From an uncultured Candidatus Planktophila sp. (GTDB lineage Bacteria > Actinomycetota > Actinomycetes > Nanopelagicales > Nanopelagicaceae), in contig CAYWWZ010000001.1 of NCBI GenBank assembly GCA_964462495.1, forward strand, positions 69 through 64,068: a stretch of DNA of 64,000 nucleotides, written 5' to 3'. Numbering within the stretch: the stretch's first letter is position 1; each line of letters starts with the position of its first letter. This document shows, in pieces, positions 29,886 to 40,433 of the stretch. A program made the translations under genes and the position numbers. The notes below the pieces were generated by a model. That model did no database searches and was not told the DNA's origin. It saw only the letters and a program-made list of their open reading frames with translations.

Positions 29886-30398
29886 ATGCAATCTACGATA
29901 ACTCCAGAGTTCGTGGCACAACGGCTGCGAACCATCCGTAACTCCCGTTCCATGTCACTTCTTGATGTGGAGAAAGCCTCAGCAGGTGCAATTAAGGCGG
30001 TCGTGCTTGGTTCTTATGAGCGAGGTTCTCGAGCGCTGAGCGTCAAACGAGCCATACAGTTAGCCGACTTTTATGGAATTCCAGTTCACACTCTCTTCGG
30101 TTCGTCTGTAAATGAGAAGGAGGAGGAACCAGGTAGGCTCGCAATTGATCTTCGCAAGGGGCGCCTGCATGCCGAATCCAGAACATCGCTCTCTGTTGCA
30201 CAGCAGGGGTTAGATTTCTTTCCACCATTTTTTCAATTCGTGCGCCATATTCAGAACCGTCGCGAGGATTGGAACGGTGAAATCATCTCGCTTCGCTCAG
30301 GCGACCTCGAACTCCTGGCGGTCTATCTAGGTACGACTCAAAAGATGCTTATAACCTGGCTTCATGAAGAAAATTTACTCTTCGCTAAAAAACCTTAA
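29886..30398 (+). CDS. bldD: BldD-family XRE transcriptional regulator with c-di-GMP-binding C-terminal motif
   Basis: LRTIR..SL..VE..KAVVLGSYERG.RA.SV.R...LADFYGIPV matches BldD HTH; RED-WNGEIISL-RSGD; syntenic between pyrR and nusB as in Streptomyces. Confidence 0.85.
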   Translation: MQSTITPEFVAQRLRTIRNSRSMSLLDVEKASAGAIKAVVLGSYERGSRALSVKRAIQLADFYGIPVHTLFGSSVNEKEEEPGRLAIDLRKGRLHAESRTSLSVAQQGLDFFPPFFQFVRHIQNRREDWNGEIISLRSGDLELLAVYLGTTQKMLITWLHEENLLFAKKP

Positions 30399-30817
30399 CG
30401 AGCAATACTCGACTTGATTTGTGTGATCTTCCCAAGTACTCCGTGAATGTACCCTGCAGACTCTTCTGTCGATAGCTCCTTTGCAAGATTGAGAGCTTCA
30501 TCTATTGCTATACCTTCGGCTAATTCGGGCGTCCACACAATTTCGTAAATTCCAATTCTGAGGATATTCCTATCAATCGCGGGCAAACGATCCATGTCCC
30601 AACCCCGCGCATAGGTCGTAATAAGCTCATCGATTTTTCGCTTGTTATGGTTCACCCCTGTGATGATCTCTTTAGTGAACTCACGAATAGGTCGAGCTTC
30701 AGGGCCTTCCTCTGAGACATCCCGAACAACAAGAAGATCTGCAGCAGAAGTACCACGGATATCTGCTTCGTAGAGAAGGTCCAGGGCCTGCTTTCTGGCT
30801 TTACTGCGAGCAGACAC
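30395..30817 (-). CDS. nusB: Transcription antitermination factor NusB
   Basis: ARSKARKQAL, W.MDRLPAIDRNILR, IDEA..LAK; follows efp. Confidence 0.95.
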   Translation of the reverse strand: MSARSKARKQALDLLYEADIRGTSAADLLVVRDVSEEGPEARPIREFTKEIITGVNHNKRKIDELITTYARGWDMDRLPAIDRNILRIGIYEIVWTPELAEGIAIDEALNLAKELSTEESAGYIHGVLGKITQIKSSIAR

Positions 30818-31377
30818 TAGTTTGCGCGGCCTAGATAAGAACCGTCTCGCGTATCAACCAGCACGACTTCATCCTGCTTAATGAAGAGCGGAACTTGGAT
30901 CTGAATTCCTGTTTCAACTGTTGCTGGTTTGGTGCCACCGGAAGAGCGATCTCCCTGTAGTCCAGGTTCGGTATATGTAATTTTGAGTGCGACCGATGCT
31001 GGTAGCTCTATATAGAGCGGATTGCCCTCATGGATGGCGACAATCGCTCCGGTATTTTCAAGCATGTAATTGACCGCATCCCCAACAATGTTTGCTGGGA
31101 TATTCATCTGATCAAAATTGACGTTATCCATAAAAACATAGTCGTCACCTTCCTTATATAGGAAGTTCATTTCACGTTTTTCTAGGATTGCAACATCAAC
31201 CTTAACGCCGGCATTGAAGGTTTTATCGACTACTTTGCCTGTCATCACTTGCTTGAGCTTTGTACGCACAAATGCGGGACCCTTGCCAGGCTTGACATGT
31301 TGAAACTCAACAACAGTCCACAATTGGCCATCGATGTCGAGTGTCATGCCATTTTTTAGATCATTTGTAGTTGCCAC
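30817..31377 (-). CDS. efp: Elongation factor P
   Basis: [35 protein letters not shown]. Confidence 0.97.
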   Translation of the reverse strand: MATTNDLKNGMTLDIDGQLWTVVEFQHVKPGKGPAFVRTKLKQVMTGKVVDKTFNAGVKVDVAILEKREMNFLYKEGDDYVFMDNVNFDQMNIPANIVGDAVNYMLENTGAIVAIHEGNPLYIELPASVALKITYTEPGLQGDRSSGGTKPATVETGIQIQVPLFIKQDEVVLVDTRDGSYLGRAN

Positions 31378-31450
31378 GGCTGCTCCAGTTCAAAGTTTTT
31401 TACACGTCGATAAAGGGCTAGTTTAGCGTATGAAAATTGAACAACAAAAA

Positions 31451-31882
31451 TCAGCCAAGCAAGCCTTTAAGCGCAATCAGCGCAAGCACATATGAATTTG
31501 GCCCAAAACCGCCAATGGTGCCATTAGCAACACCTGATACAACAGACGTGTGTCTAAACTCTTCACGGGCAAGCGGATTGGATAGATGAACTTCAATAAG
31601 TGGTGCCTTTACTAATTCTGCGGCATCACGAATTGCATATGAATAGTGAGTGAAGGCGGCCGGGTTAATAATGACCGGAATATTGTTATCGGCCGCTTCG
31701 TGTAGCCACGCAATAATTTCGGCCTCATCGTTACTCTGACGAATATCAGGTGTGAAGCCATGGGTCTGCGCCGCTATACGAATATGTGAGACCAGTTCTT
31801 GATAATTCATATCACCGTAAATAGAGGAATCACGAATGTCAAGACGTGAAAGATTAGGTCCATTTATAACAAGAACTTTCAT
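31451..31882 (-). CDS. aroQ: Type II 3-dehydroquinate dehydratase
   Basis: INGPNL, QSN.E, NPAAFTHYSYAIRDA, EVHLSN..RE.FRH.S. Confidence 0.95.
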   Translation of the reverse strand: MKVLVINGPNLSRLDIRDSSIYGDMNYQELVSHIRIAAQTHGFTPDIRQSNDEAEIIAWLHEAADNNIPVIINPAAFTHYSYAIRDAAELVKAPLIEVHLSNPLAREEFRHTSVVSGVANGTIGGFGPNSYVLALIALKGLLG

Positions 31883-32934
31883 TGGGATACCCTCTCATAA
31901 GCTGACTTCAATGAGGCTTCAGTTGGGTTTTCTATTCGCTGTGTCCTACCTATTTCGGAGATAGCAACGAAGCGCAGAGTATTTCCACGAGATTTTTTAT
32001 CAAGCTTCATGGCAGCATACAGATCTGGCCACGATCCCTGTGAATATGAGGTTGGTAATTGCAAGCCAGTGAGAATACTCAAATGGAGATCACGAATTTC
32101 TGACGAAATTAAACCCAAATCATGAGATAAGTGTGCGATGAAAACAAGACCGATAGAAACACATTCTCCGTGTCGCAAAGAGTAACGACTATGAAGTTCT
32201 ACTGCATGGCCAAAGGTATGACCATAGTTGAGAATTTCACGTTCAAAACTTTCTTTGAAATCACCGGAGACGACATCCGCTTTAACTTGTATGGCTCGCT
32301 CGATGAGTTCATGAGTAATTTCATAGGAACCGCGGATATCTGCAATCGTGCGTCCCTGGATGATTTTTAGAATCTCGGGATCCTTGATAAAACCGCATTT
32401 AACGACTTCTGCCAAACCAGCGGCAAAATCTCGTTCTGAGAGAGAGGGTAACCAAGCTAAGTCAATAACAACTCTGCATGGCGAGTGAAATGCACCTATG
32501 AGATTCTTTCCATAATCACTGTTTATTCCGGTCTTTCCACCAATGGCAGCATCAACCATGCCCGCAACAGTCGTGGGAACAGCAACCCAATCAACTCCTC
32601 TTAACCACGACGCTGCAACATATCCAGCGAAGTCAGTGATTGCTCCTCCACCAATACCCACGATCAAATCGCTGCGGGTGAACCCAGCTGCGCCCAACCA
32701 ATTCCAAACTCTTTCTAATGTGCGAATTGACTTAGCCTCTTCGCCGTCTGGAATGGCGAAGTAGAAGTATTCCGCACCTTGCGAATCAAAGACCGGAATA
32801 AACTCCTTCATATTCTCACTGAAAATAATTGCGACTCGTTCACGGTTTTCACTCAACCCGTGAATCGCGGATGTAAATTCACGACCTATATCGATGCTAT
32901 AGGTACGTTCGGAATGAACTGTTATAACCTTCAT
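31879..32934 (-). CDS. aroB: 3-dehydroquinate synthase
   Basis: GGGAITD..G, PTT...VDAAIGGKTG.N, LNYGHTFGHA.E, HGE. Confidence 0.95.
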   Translation of the reverse strand: MKVITVHSERTYSIDIGREFTSAIHGLSENRERVAIIFSENMKEFIPVFDSQGAEYFYFAIPDGEEAKSIRTLERVWNWLGAAGFTRSDLIVGIGGGAITDFAGYVAASWLRGVDWVAVPTTVAGMVDAAIGGKTGINSDYGKNLIGAFHSPCRVVIDLAWLPSLSERDFAAGLAEVVKCGFIKDPEILKIIQGRTIADIRGSYEITHELIERAIQVKADVVSGDFKESFEREILNYGHTFGHAVELHSRYSLRHGECVSIGLVFIAHLSHDLGLISSEIRDLHLSILTGLQLPTSYSQGSWPDLYAAMKLDKKSRGNTLRFVAISEIGRTQRIENPTEASLKSAYERVSQ

Positions 32935-33446
32935 AATTTCATTTCCAAACTTTCAAGGATTCGAGAGACGATCTCTTCCTCTGCCATGCCATCCACCAAA
33001 ATTACTGTGTCTGCTATTGATTCGTAGATTGGACGCCGCGCCTCCATCAAAGTTTGCCACTGTCCACGTGGATTGTGCAGGAGAAGAGGTCGATCGCGAT
33101 TAAATCCTATTCTCGAAGATACCGCGGAAAGTGAGATATCTAGAAATACCACATGAGAAGCTATTGCTCTGATTGCAGACTGAGCATCGATTGAAATTGG
33201 CGCGCCCCCACCCAGTGACAAGACTGTGTTATCGGTAAGTAGTTCATCGCGTAAGACTCGCTTCTCAATAGCTCTAAAGGAATCTTCGCCCTCATCCAAA
33301 AAAATATCCGAAACCGATCTATTTTCGGTTATCTCAATAATCTGATCCGTGTCTCTAAAAGGTAGACCCAATCGTTGAGCAACAAGTTGTCCGATTGTCG
33401 TCTTACCTGAGCCCATGGGACCGATGAGAATTACTTTTGGAGCCAT
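32931..33446 (-). CDS. aroK: Shikimate kinase
   Basis: GPMGSGKTT, DTD, GE..FR..E, LGGG, RPLL. Confidence 0.95.
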   Translation of the reverse strand: MAPKVILIGPMGSGKTTIGQLVAQRLGLPFRDTDQIIEITENRSVSDIFLDEGEDSFRAIEKRVLRDELLTDNTVLSLGGGAPISIDAQSAIRAIASHVVFLDISLSAVSSRIGFNRDRPLLLHNPRGQWQTLMEARRPIYESIADTVILVDGMAEEEIVSRILESLEMKL

Positions 33447-34624
33447 TATTTAAAGCGTAAATTCTTCATATACGACTCGTAATTACGGCGAACTTCTTGA
33501 ACCGAATCCCCACCAAACTTTTCAAGTACTGCTTCAGCAAGCACTAGAGCAGCCATGGCTTCGGCTACGACTCCAGAGGCGGGAACCGCACAGACATCAG
33601 AGCGTTGATTGATGGCTTTAGCAGCTTCACCTGTCTTAACGTCGATGGTATCAAGCGCTTTGGGAACTGTTGAGATTGGCTTCATCGCGATTGAAACACG
33701 AAGAATTTCACCATTAGACATTCCGCCTTCAGTTCCACCTGCACGGTCAGTCCTTCGCGCAATAACTCCATCTCGACGTTCAATCTCATCGTGGGCTACT
33801 GATCCTCGACGTGTAGCGGTTCTGAAGCCGTCACCAATCTCGACACCTTTAATGGCTTGTATTCCCATCATCGCTCCTGCAAGTCGTGCATCTAAGCGAC
33901 GGTCCCAGTGCACATGTGAACCAAGTCCAGGTGGGAGGTTGTACGCCAAAATCTCGCAGACTCCACCTAACGTATCCCCATCGGAGTGTGCTGACTCAAT
34001 TTCGGCAATCATTTCCGAGCTCGTAGCAGGATCTGTGCATCTGACGGGATCTGCATCGATCCGAGACATATCCGTTTCCACGGGAAGTGCGTAGCCATCT
34101 GGCAATCTGACCGAACCAATCGAAACGACGTGGCTCAAGATGGTGATGCCAACCGATTGTTCTAGGAACTTCCGTGCAATAGCTCCCAGCGCAACACGTG
34201 CAGCCGTTTCACGCGCACTAGCCCGCTCCAAGATTGGACGAGCATCATCAAAATCATATTTCTGCATACCAACAAGATCCGCATGTCCAGGACGTGGTCT
34301 TGATAAAGGCGCGTTACGCGCCAAATTGGCGATCTCTTCTTCTGCAACTGGGTCAGCAGACATGACCTTTTCCCATTTCGGCCACTCGCTATTTCCAACT
34401 TGGATTGCGATTGGTCCACCTTGCGATTTACCAAGCCGGACGCCGCCAAGGATTGTTACCTTGTCCGCTTCGAAATTCTGTCTGGCTCCTCGACCGACTC
34501 CTAATCTGCGCCGCGCGAGATGGAAATCAATATCTTTCGTAGAAACTTCAATATGGGCAGGAAGCCCTTCTATGATTGCCGATAGGGCTTGACCGTGGGA
34601 TTCTCCTGCAGTTATCCAGCGCAT
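33446..34624 (-). CDS. aroC: Chorismate synthase
   Basis: [33 protein letters not shown]. Confidence 0.97.
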   Translation of the reverse strand: MRWITAGESHGQALSAIIEGLPAHIEVSTKDIDFHLARRRLGVGRGARQNFEADKVTILGGVRLGKSQGGPIAIQVGNSEWPKWEKVMSADPVAEEEIANLARNAPLSRPRPGHADLVGMQKYDFDDARPILERASARETAARVALGAIARKFLEQSVGITILSHVVSIGSVRLPDGYALPVETDMSRIDADPVRCTDPATSSEMIAEIESAHSDGDTLGGVCEILAYNLPPGLGSHVHWDRRLDARLAGAMMGIQAIKGVEIGDGFRTATRRGSVAHDEIERRDGVIARRTDRAGGTEGGMSNGEILRVSIAMKPISTVPKALDTIDVKTGEAAKAINQRSDVCAVPASGVVAEAMAALVLAEAVLEKFGGDSVQEVRRNYESYMKNLRFK

Positions 34625-34683
34625 GTTCCTATTGTTGCAGATACAAGTCCGCCCTGGTGGTCAATTCTTATTGAACGAAGAGG

Positions 34684-35061
34684 TTAAAACCCCACCGACC
34701 AGAGATATCCCCCACTTATTGCTGGTGCAAGAGGAATGGCGATACGTGGATTTCGATATCGCAAGGCATAAAAAGATAAAGTCAGGAACGAGCAGACCAC
34801 GATTCCCATAATGAAATGAGCCATCAAATCTCGCGGCACGCAGAATATTGCGAGTCCACAGATAAGTTTTATATCTCCTCCACCGAGGTTGCATAGGGCT
34901 CTTGATAGCACAGCAAAAATCATCAACGGGAAAAGAAACTTCGCATTGAAAATAATGTCCCCCAGTAGCAGCTGAAAAAATAGCACCAAGCAAATACTGA
35001 AATTGGGAATTCGATGATGCCGAATATCAAAAATAGAAATGAACAAGAGGACAAGCGGCAC
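34684..35061 (-). CDS. Short A24 prepilin peptidase (TadV/CpaA-like)
   Basis: Hydrophobic; catalytic Asp motifs FDIRHHRIPN and LGGGDIKL; IPLAPAI; aroE-aroC position; TAAGGT -10 7 nt upstream. Confidence 0.8.
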   Translation of the reverse strand: MPLVLLFISIFDIRHHRIPNFSICLVLFFQLLLGDIIFNAKFLFPLMIFAVLSRALCNLGGGDIKLICGLAIFCVPRDLMAHFIMGIVVCSFLTLSFYALRYRNPRIAIPLAPAISGGYLWSVGF

Positions 35062-35111
35062 GCCGAAAACCTTATAAAAGAAGGCTCCCTAAGAAGTCAG
35101 GCTGTGGATAG

Positions 35112-35918
35112 CTATGAAGCCCTATTGAGAATCTCCCTTAAATAGTCAGCCAATTCCTCCCGATTTATTTCAACTCCCGTTGCTATACGAAGCTGCTCAA
35201 TACCTTGATAAATGAGAAGCTCTATCCCGGATAAGACCGGAAGTCCAAGGTTCATCCATTTTTTGGCAAGCACCGTCGGCCACGGCTTATAGATAACGTC
35301 AAAGAGGGTCGCAGAAATCTGATAATCGATGCCTTCGCCCAGTAAATCGGCAGCGCCGGCTGGCGTAGTGTTCACGATCAACGTGTATCCAGCAAGAGGC
35401 AGAGTATCTGACCACCTGACATATTCGAATTCGGAACTACGCACTATGGAAGCAAGTGAGTCTTTGCGCGCACTAGTGCGACCCATGACAGATATGGAAT
35501 GGGCAACTCCGTCTAGGGCGGCAGCTATGGCTCGTGCAGTTCCTCCTGCACCCAAGATAAGAACTGAGTCGAATCGGTTAAATCCAACATGATGAAGAGA
35601 ATTAAGGAAGCCAACTCCATCTGTTGAGGTAACTTGCCAGTTTTGACCGATCCTATACAAGGTATTACCAGATTGAGATTTTTCGGCAATATCACTCATT
35701 GGATAACCAATTGTTAGCAATTCCTCTTTAAGGGGCATTGTGAGAGAAAAATAGGAGAATTCAGATGAGCGCACATCGAGAAAACGACTCAATTCTCCAG
35801 ATTGAACCTCTATAGCTTCGTAACTTCCCTCGATTCCGAGAAAATTGAAGGCGCTCTCGTGTAATAGAGGAGATAGTGAATGCGTTATCGGGAATCCAAG
35901 GACCGCTCCCTTGATCAT
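35112..35918 (-). CDS. aroE: Shikimate dehydrogenase
   Basis: HSLSP.LH, TMPLK, NTL, TD..G, GAGGTARA, NTTP, DVIY.P. Confidence 0.94.
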   Translation of the reverse strand: MIKGAVLGFPITHSLSPLLHESAFNFLGIEGSYEAIEVQSGELSRFLDVRSSEFSYFSLTMPLKEELLTIGYPMSDIAEKSQSGNTLYRIGQNWQVTSTDGVGFLNSLHHVGFNRFDSVLILGAGGTARAIAAALDGVAHSISVMGRTSARKDSLASIVRSSEFEYVRWSDTLPLAGYTLIVNTTPAGAADLLGEGIDYQISATLFDVIYKPWPTVLAKKWMNLGLPVLSGIELLIYQGIEQLRIATGVEINREELADYLREILNRAS

Positions 35919-36949
35919 TTTCCGCTCCTAAACAATCCGTTTCTGAGATTCTTCTTATATTCAACTTTCCAACGATTGAATTCGGTGAGGTTATCTGTAA
36001 AACGAGTGTCCGAGGGAGCCACCGTGATGAAATAGAGCCAATCCCCAGGCTCTGGATTGAGTGCAGCCTTCATGGCATCTTGACCGGGATTATTAATTGG
36101 GCCAGGAGGAAGGCCGTATTTTCGATAGGTGTTGTAAGGTGAATTAATCATCGTCCCTTGAGTGCTCAAAAATATATTCCCACGCGATTTCTTTATGTAA
36201 TGAACCGTGGAATCAAACTGCAAGGGCATCCCTACCCGAAGACGATTGCGGATAACTTGAGATATCTTTGTAAAGTCATTTTTCGTGCCCTCTGCTTGGA
36301 GAAGTGAAGCAATAATGAGAAGTTCTTGGGGACTAAATTTTGATTGTCCTGCGAAGAAACCGGCCTCTCGCATCTCTAGTTCAGATCTATCAACCATGGA
36401 ACTGAAAGCTTCAAGAGCCGTCGTTTCCTTGTCAAAACTATATTGAGCCGGGAAAAGAAGTCCCTCAAGGGTAGTAAAACCTTTAGGTTTTTTCACTTGC
36501 TTCAACGCACTAGACAAATCATTCGCAGAAAATCCCGCTGACGTCATCTGCGGAAGTATCTCAGAGAGCCACATTCCTTCCTTAATGTTGATCAAACCAA
36601 CTATCCTCTTGCTGTCTAAAAGTTGCACAAGAACGTTCCGTGAACAATTTTTTGCCGTTAATCGATGATCGCCTGGTGCAACTTGTGACGAACGAGGATC
36701 TCCTACTGCAATACGAAAATATGACTCAGAAGACTTAACGACACCACTTCGAAAGAGAGCTCTTGCAATTTCAACACCCGATGCACCAGATGGAATGTGT
36801 ACAACTACTTCGGGTCCATTTTCTACGCATGCATAGTCTGGAGCCGAATTGGGACCAGTGCGTAAAGCATGCACTCCTACAGTAAAAAGTGCGCCTAAGA
36901 GCAATCCGAACGTAACTCGTACTAGCACAGGTTTATTAAGAGAGATCAT
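35915..36949 (-). CDS. mltG: Endolytic transglycosylase MltG (YceG)
   Basis: N-terminal TM, EGLLFP..Y, ASLLQAE, NRL...M.LQFDST, SPYNTY...GLPPGPINNPG. Confidence 0.92.
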   Translation of the reverse strand: MISLNKPVLVRVTFGLLLGALFTVGVHALRTGPNSAPDYACVENGPEVVVHIPSGASGVEIARALFRSGVVKSSESYFRIAVGDPRSSQVAPGDHRLTAKNCSRNVLVQLLDSKRIVGLINIKEGMWLSEILPQMTSAGFSANDLSSALKQVKKPKGFTTLEGLLFPAQYSFDKETTALEAFSSMVDRSELEMREAGFFAGQSKFSPQELLIIASLLQAEGTKNDFTKISQVIRNRLRVGMPLQFDSTVHYIKKSRGNIFLSTQGTMINSPYNTYRKYGLPPGPINNPGQDAMKAALNPEPGDWLYFITVAPSDTRFTDNLTEFNRWKVEYKKNLRNGLFRSGK

Positions 36950-37355
36950 GGCTCATTCCCGACTCAAGAATTTCAACTGCAGCTAGGGCGTCGATGAGTT
37001 CTTTCGTTTCGCGCAAAGACTTTCCACTGACCTTCGCTTTCGATTGCGCATTGACAGTTGAGAGGCGTTCATCAACTAGAACGATAGGAATTTTGGCTAT
37101 TTTTTCAACTTCTTGTGCAAATCTTCGGGCTTTTTCTGAGCTTTCGCTCTCAGATCCGGACATATTCACCGGCAACCCAACAAAAATTCTTACTGGCTCG
37201 TATTCTGCTATCAAGTCTGAAATCTTTTTCAATAGTTCTCTATCCGAAGATTTTAGAACCACTAGCGGAGATGCCAATATTGCATCAGGATCGGAAATCG
37301 CGACCCCTATTCGAACATCACCATAGTCGAAAGCAAGTCGCCGTCCGCGCTTCAT
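36936..37355 (-). CDS. ruvX: YqgF/RuvX pre-16S rRNA nuclease
   Basis: DYGDVRIGVAISD, VGLP, DERLST, IDALAA; downstream of alaS. Confidence 0.93.
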   Translation of the reverse strand: MKRGRRLAFDYGDVRIGVAISDPDAILASPLVVLKSSDRELLKKISDLIAEYEPVRIFVGLPVNMSGSESESSEKARRFAQEVEKIAKIPIVLVDERLSTVNAQSKAKVSGKSLRETKELIDALAAVEILESGMSHDLS

Positions 37356-37358
37356 TAA

Positions 37359-40034
37359 CTATTTTCCAGAGATGGCAAGTGTGATCGAGTTGAGTGCTTC
37401 AGCGATAGCAGAGACGTTAGTGCCACCACCTTGGGCAAAATCATCCTTACCGCCGCCTCCCCCACCCAAAATCGTTGAACCGATCTTCACAAGCGCACCT
37501 GCCTTGATTCCGTTCTTTCTAGCCGGCTCGCTGACTGCAACAACCAATGTCGCCTTGCCTTCTGCAACGCTCACCAAGACGATGATCGAATCTTTCAGGC
37601 GATTCAATAACTCCTGAGCAATCTTGCGCAGATCATCCGCTGATATTCCATCACTGAGTTGAGTGGCAATGACAGAGTTCCCATTAACACTTTGAACTTG
37701 TTCAGCGATAGAACCAATCTGACCCATCGCCTGGGCTGAACGTACTGCCGCGAGCTCTTTTTCGATCTCTTTGATTTTATTGAGAAGCTCAGCGATTTTT
37801 TCAGGAAGTTCTTCAGCTCGAGTTCCCTTAATAATCTCAGTCAGAGAATTCAGTAGTAGATGTTCGCGGGCAAGGAACTTATAGGCATCAACACCTACCA
37901 ATGCCTCAACACGTCGGACTCCGGCACCAATTGAGGATTCGGATAGCAACTTCACAACACCCAACTGACCAGAGGCAGATACGTGAGTTCCACCGCAGAG
38001 CTCACGAGCCCATTCACCTACGCTCACTACTCTGACTTGATCACCATACTTTTCACCGAACAGTGCCATTGCGCCAATTTTTTTAGCGGCATCTTGCGAC
38101 ATTGTCTCTGCGGTAACAGCGAGATTTTCAAGCAAAAGCGCATTCACCCTTGATTCAACATCATTTAACACCGAAACAGGAACAGCACCTGTCGCAGGGA
38201 AATCAAATCGGAAGCGACCTGGAGAATTCTCAGATCCTGCTTGAGTCGCGGTTTCTCCAAGAATTTCACGGAAAGCTTTATGAACCATATGGGTCGCTGT
38301 ATGAGCGCGAGAAATAGCATTTCTTCGCTCTACATCAATAACAGCGTGGGCGTTTGAACCAAGTTCAACTTCACCGTTCAGAATGCGACCGCGATGAACA
38401 GAAAGTCCGTTAACAGGAGTTTGGACATCATCAATTTCAATAACTGCTCCGTTGGCAAGAGTAATAAGTCCGCCATCAGCTAGTTGTCCACCACCTTCCG
38501 CGTAGAAGGGTGTGCGATCCAAAACGATCTCTACTTCACTGCCAGCAGGAGCCGCTTTCACACTGGCGCCATCAACGAGGATGCCATTAACAACCGACTC
38601 ACTATGAAGTTCGTGATAACCAATAAAAGTTGTCGCACCTGTGGAATCGGCAATTTTCTTGTATTCGCTCACATCGGTGTGACCGCTCTTCTTCGCTTTT
38701 GCATCAGCTTTAGCCCTATCGCGCTGCTCTGCCATAAGCCGTTTGAAACCGTCTTCATCTACCTCAAGTCCCTCTTCGCGTGCCATCTCAAGGGTAAGGT
38801 CGAAAGGGAAGCCGTAAGTGTCGTGAAGTTTGAAGACCTCATCTCCAGGAAGTATCGATTTCTTCTGAGCTTTGACCTGACTTGATGCCAAATCAAAAAT
38901 CTGAGTACCGCTCTTCAAGGTTTGAAGGAAAGACTCTTCCTCCGAGACTGAGACAGCGAGAATTCTCTTTTGATCCGAGATAAGTTCAGGATATTGCGGG
39001 CCCATCGCACCAATTGCACTCTGTGTGAGTTCAGACATGATTGGATCGTTGACGCCTAAGAGGCGCATATTTCGAATAGTACGCCGCATCATTCGGCGAA
39101 GAACATACCCACGACCTTCGTTGCCGGGAGTTACTCCATCACCGATGAGCATCGCAGAGGTACGAGCATGATCGGCAACTACTCTAAGCGAGACATCTGA
39201 CTTTTGAGATTTTCCGTATGTGACGCCTGTCAAAGCAGATGCCCTCTTTAGGATTTGCATCGTCGTGTCAATCTCGTAAATATTTTCAACCCCTTGAAGT
39301 AGCGCGGCCGTTCTTTCAAGGCCTAAGCCAGTATCAATACTTTTCGCTGGAAGTTCTCCAAGAATCGGATATCCATCCTTACCGCCGCCTGCGCCACGTT
39401 CGTTCTGCATGAAGACAAGATTCCAAACTTCCAGATATCTATTCTCATCAGCGATTGGGCCACCTTCTGCCCCATAATCAGGACCGCGATCGTAGTAAAT
39501 CTCCGAACACGGACCACAAGGCCCTGGTACTCCCATTGACCAAAAGTTATCTGCCATATCGCGCCGCTGAATGCGCCCACGTGGAATACCGATTTTTTTA
39601 TGCCAAATATCTGCGGCCTCATCATCATCGAGATATACCGTGACCCACAGTCGATCCTCAGGAAAACCGTATCCGCCATCATTAATTGGTCTAGTCAACA
39701 GCTCCCATGCCAGAGAAATCGCTCCCTCTTTAAAATAATCACCGAAAGAGAAATTGCCACACATCTGAAAAAAAGATGCATGGCGCGTGGTCTTTCCCAC
39801 TTCATCAATATCTAAAGTTCGAACGCACTTCTGCACTGACGTTGCCCGCTTATATGGCGGGGTAACCTCTCCAAGAAAATACGGCTTAAAAGGAACCATT
39901 CCGGCATTTACCAGTAGCAAATTTGGGTCGTCTGCTATGAGTGAAGCTGACGGGACGACCGTATGCGTCAGCCCTTGTCTATTGTCAGACTCAAAGAAGC
40001 GCAGCCAACGTGACCGAATCTCGGCGGATTCCAT
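37359..40034 (-). CDS. alaS: Alanine--tRNA ligase
   Basis: [23 protein letters not shown], editing HTATH...ELCGGTH, GGGGG C-terminus. Confidence 0.98.
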   Translation of the reverse strand: MESAEIRSRWLRFFESDNRQGLTHTVVPSASLIADDPNLLLVNAGMVPFKPYFLGEVTPPYKRATSVQKCVRTLDIDEVGKTTRHASFFQMCGNFSFGDYFKEGAISLAWELLTRPINDGGYGFPEDRLWVTVYLDDDEAADIWHKKIGIPRGRIQRRDMADNFWSMGVPGPCGPCSEIYYDRGPDYGAEGGPIADENRYLEVWNLVFMQNERGAGGGKDGYPILGELPAKSIDTGLGLERTAALLQGVENIYEIDTTMQILKRASALTGVTYGKSQKSDVSLRVVADHARTSAMLIGDGVTPGNEGRGYVLRRMMRRTIRNMRLLGVNDPIMSELTQSAIGAMGPQYPELISDQKRILAVSVSEEESFLQTLKSGTQIFDLASSQVKAQKKSILPGDEVFKLHDTYGFPFDLTLEMAREEGLEVDEDGFKRLMAEQRDRAKADAKAKKSGHTDVSEYKKIADSTGATTFIGYHELHSESVVNGILVDGASVKAAPAGSEVEIVLDRTPFYAEGGGQLADGGLITLANGAVIEIDDVQTPVNGLSVHRGRILNGEVELGSNAHAVIDVERRNAISRAHTATHMVHKAFREILGETATQAGSENSPGRFRFDFPATGAVPVSVLNDVESRVNALLLENLAVTAETMSQDAAKKIGAMALFGEKYGDQVRVVSVGEWARELCGGTHVSASGQLGVVKLLSESSIGAGVRRVEALVGVDAYKFLAREHLLLNSLTEIIKGTRAEELPEKIAELLNKIKEIEKELAAVRSAQAMGQIGSIAEQVQSVNGNSVIATQLSDGISADDLRKIAQELLNRLKDSIIVLVSVAEGKATLVVAVSEPARKNGIKAGALVKIGSTILGGGGGGKDDFAQGGGTNVSAIAEALNSITLAISGK

Positions 40035-40056
40035 TATTTACAATCACCCACTCGAA

Positions 40057-40416
40057 TTATTCGGACTTCTTCTTCTTGCGACCTTTGCTGATCTGCGCCG
40101 CGCTCAAAAGAGCTCCGGCAACCTTTACAGCAGGGCCATTCTTTTCCATAAAGTCAGAAGTGGCCCCGGTTAATTTTGTGGTGACATCTTCGACGCTTTT
40201 AGTGATCTTTGCAAAACTCTCAAGTGGACTATTGATGAGTTCTAAAGTTCGCGTTGATTCATGGATAAGAGGAGTTGTGTCGTCGGTGAAGGCCTTCAAT
40301 GAAATTTTCGCCTCGTCAACCAATTTGCTAATTCGGAATACCGCGTAGGCAACAGCCACGGCTATAACAAAGAGAGATGCTGCCGCAATAATCGTCGCTA
40401 TTCCACCTGGACCCAT
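40057..40416 (-). CDS. DUF948 family membrane-anchored protein
   Basis: N-terminal TM plus amphipathic helix; conserved position upstream of alaS; TAGGCT -10 6 nt before ATG. Confidence 0.7.
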   Translation of the reverse strand: MGPGGIATIIAAASLFVIAVAVAYAVFRISKLVDEAKISLKAFTDDTTPLIHESTRTLELINSPLESFAKITKSVEDVTTKLTGATSDFMEKNGPAVKVAGALLSAAQISKGRKKKKSE

Positions 40417-40433
40417 ATCGTTAGCCTACCTGA

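Noticed and set aside
34661-34993. 110-aa alternative-frame ORF over the prepilin peptidase
   Set aside because: No motifs; the 34684-35061 frame carries both A24 catalytic motifs.
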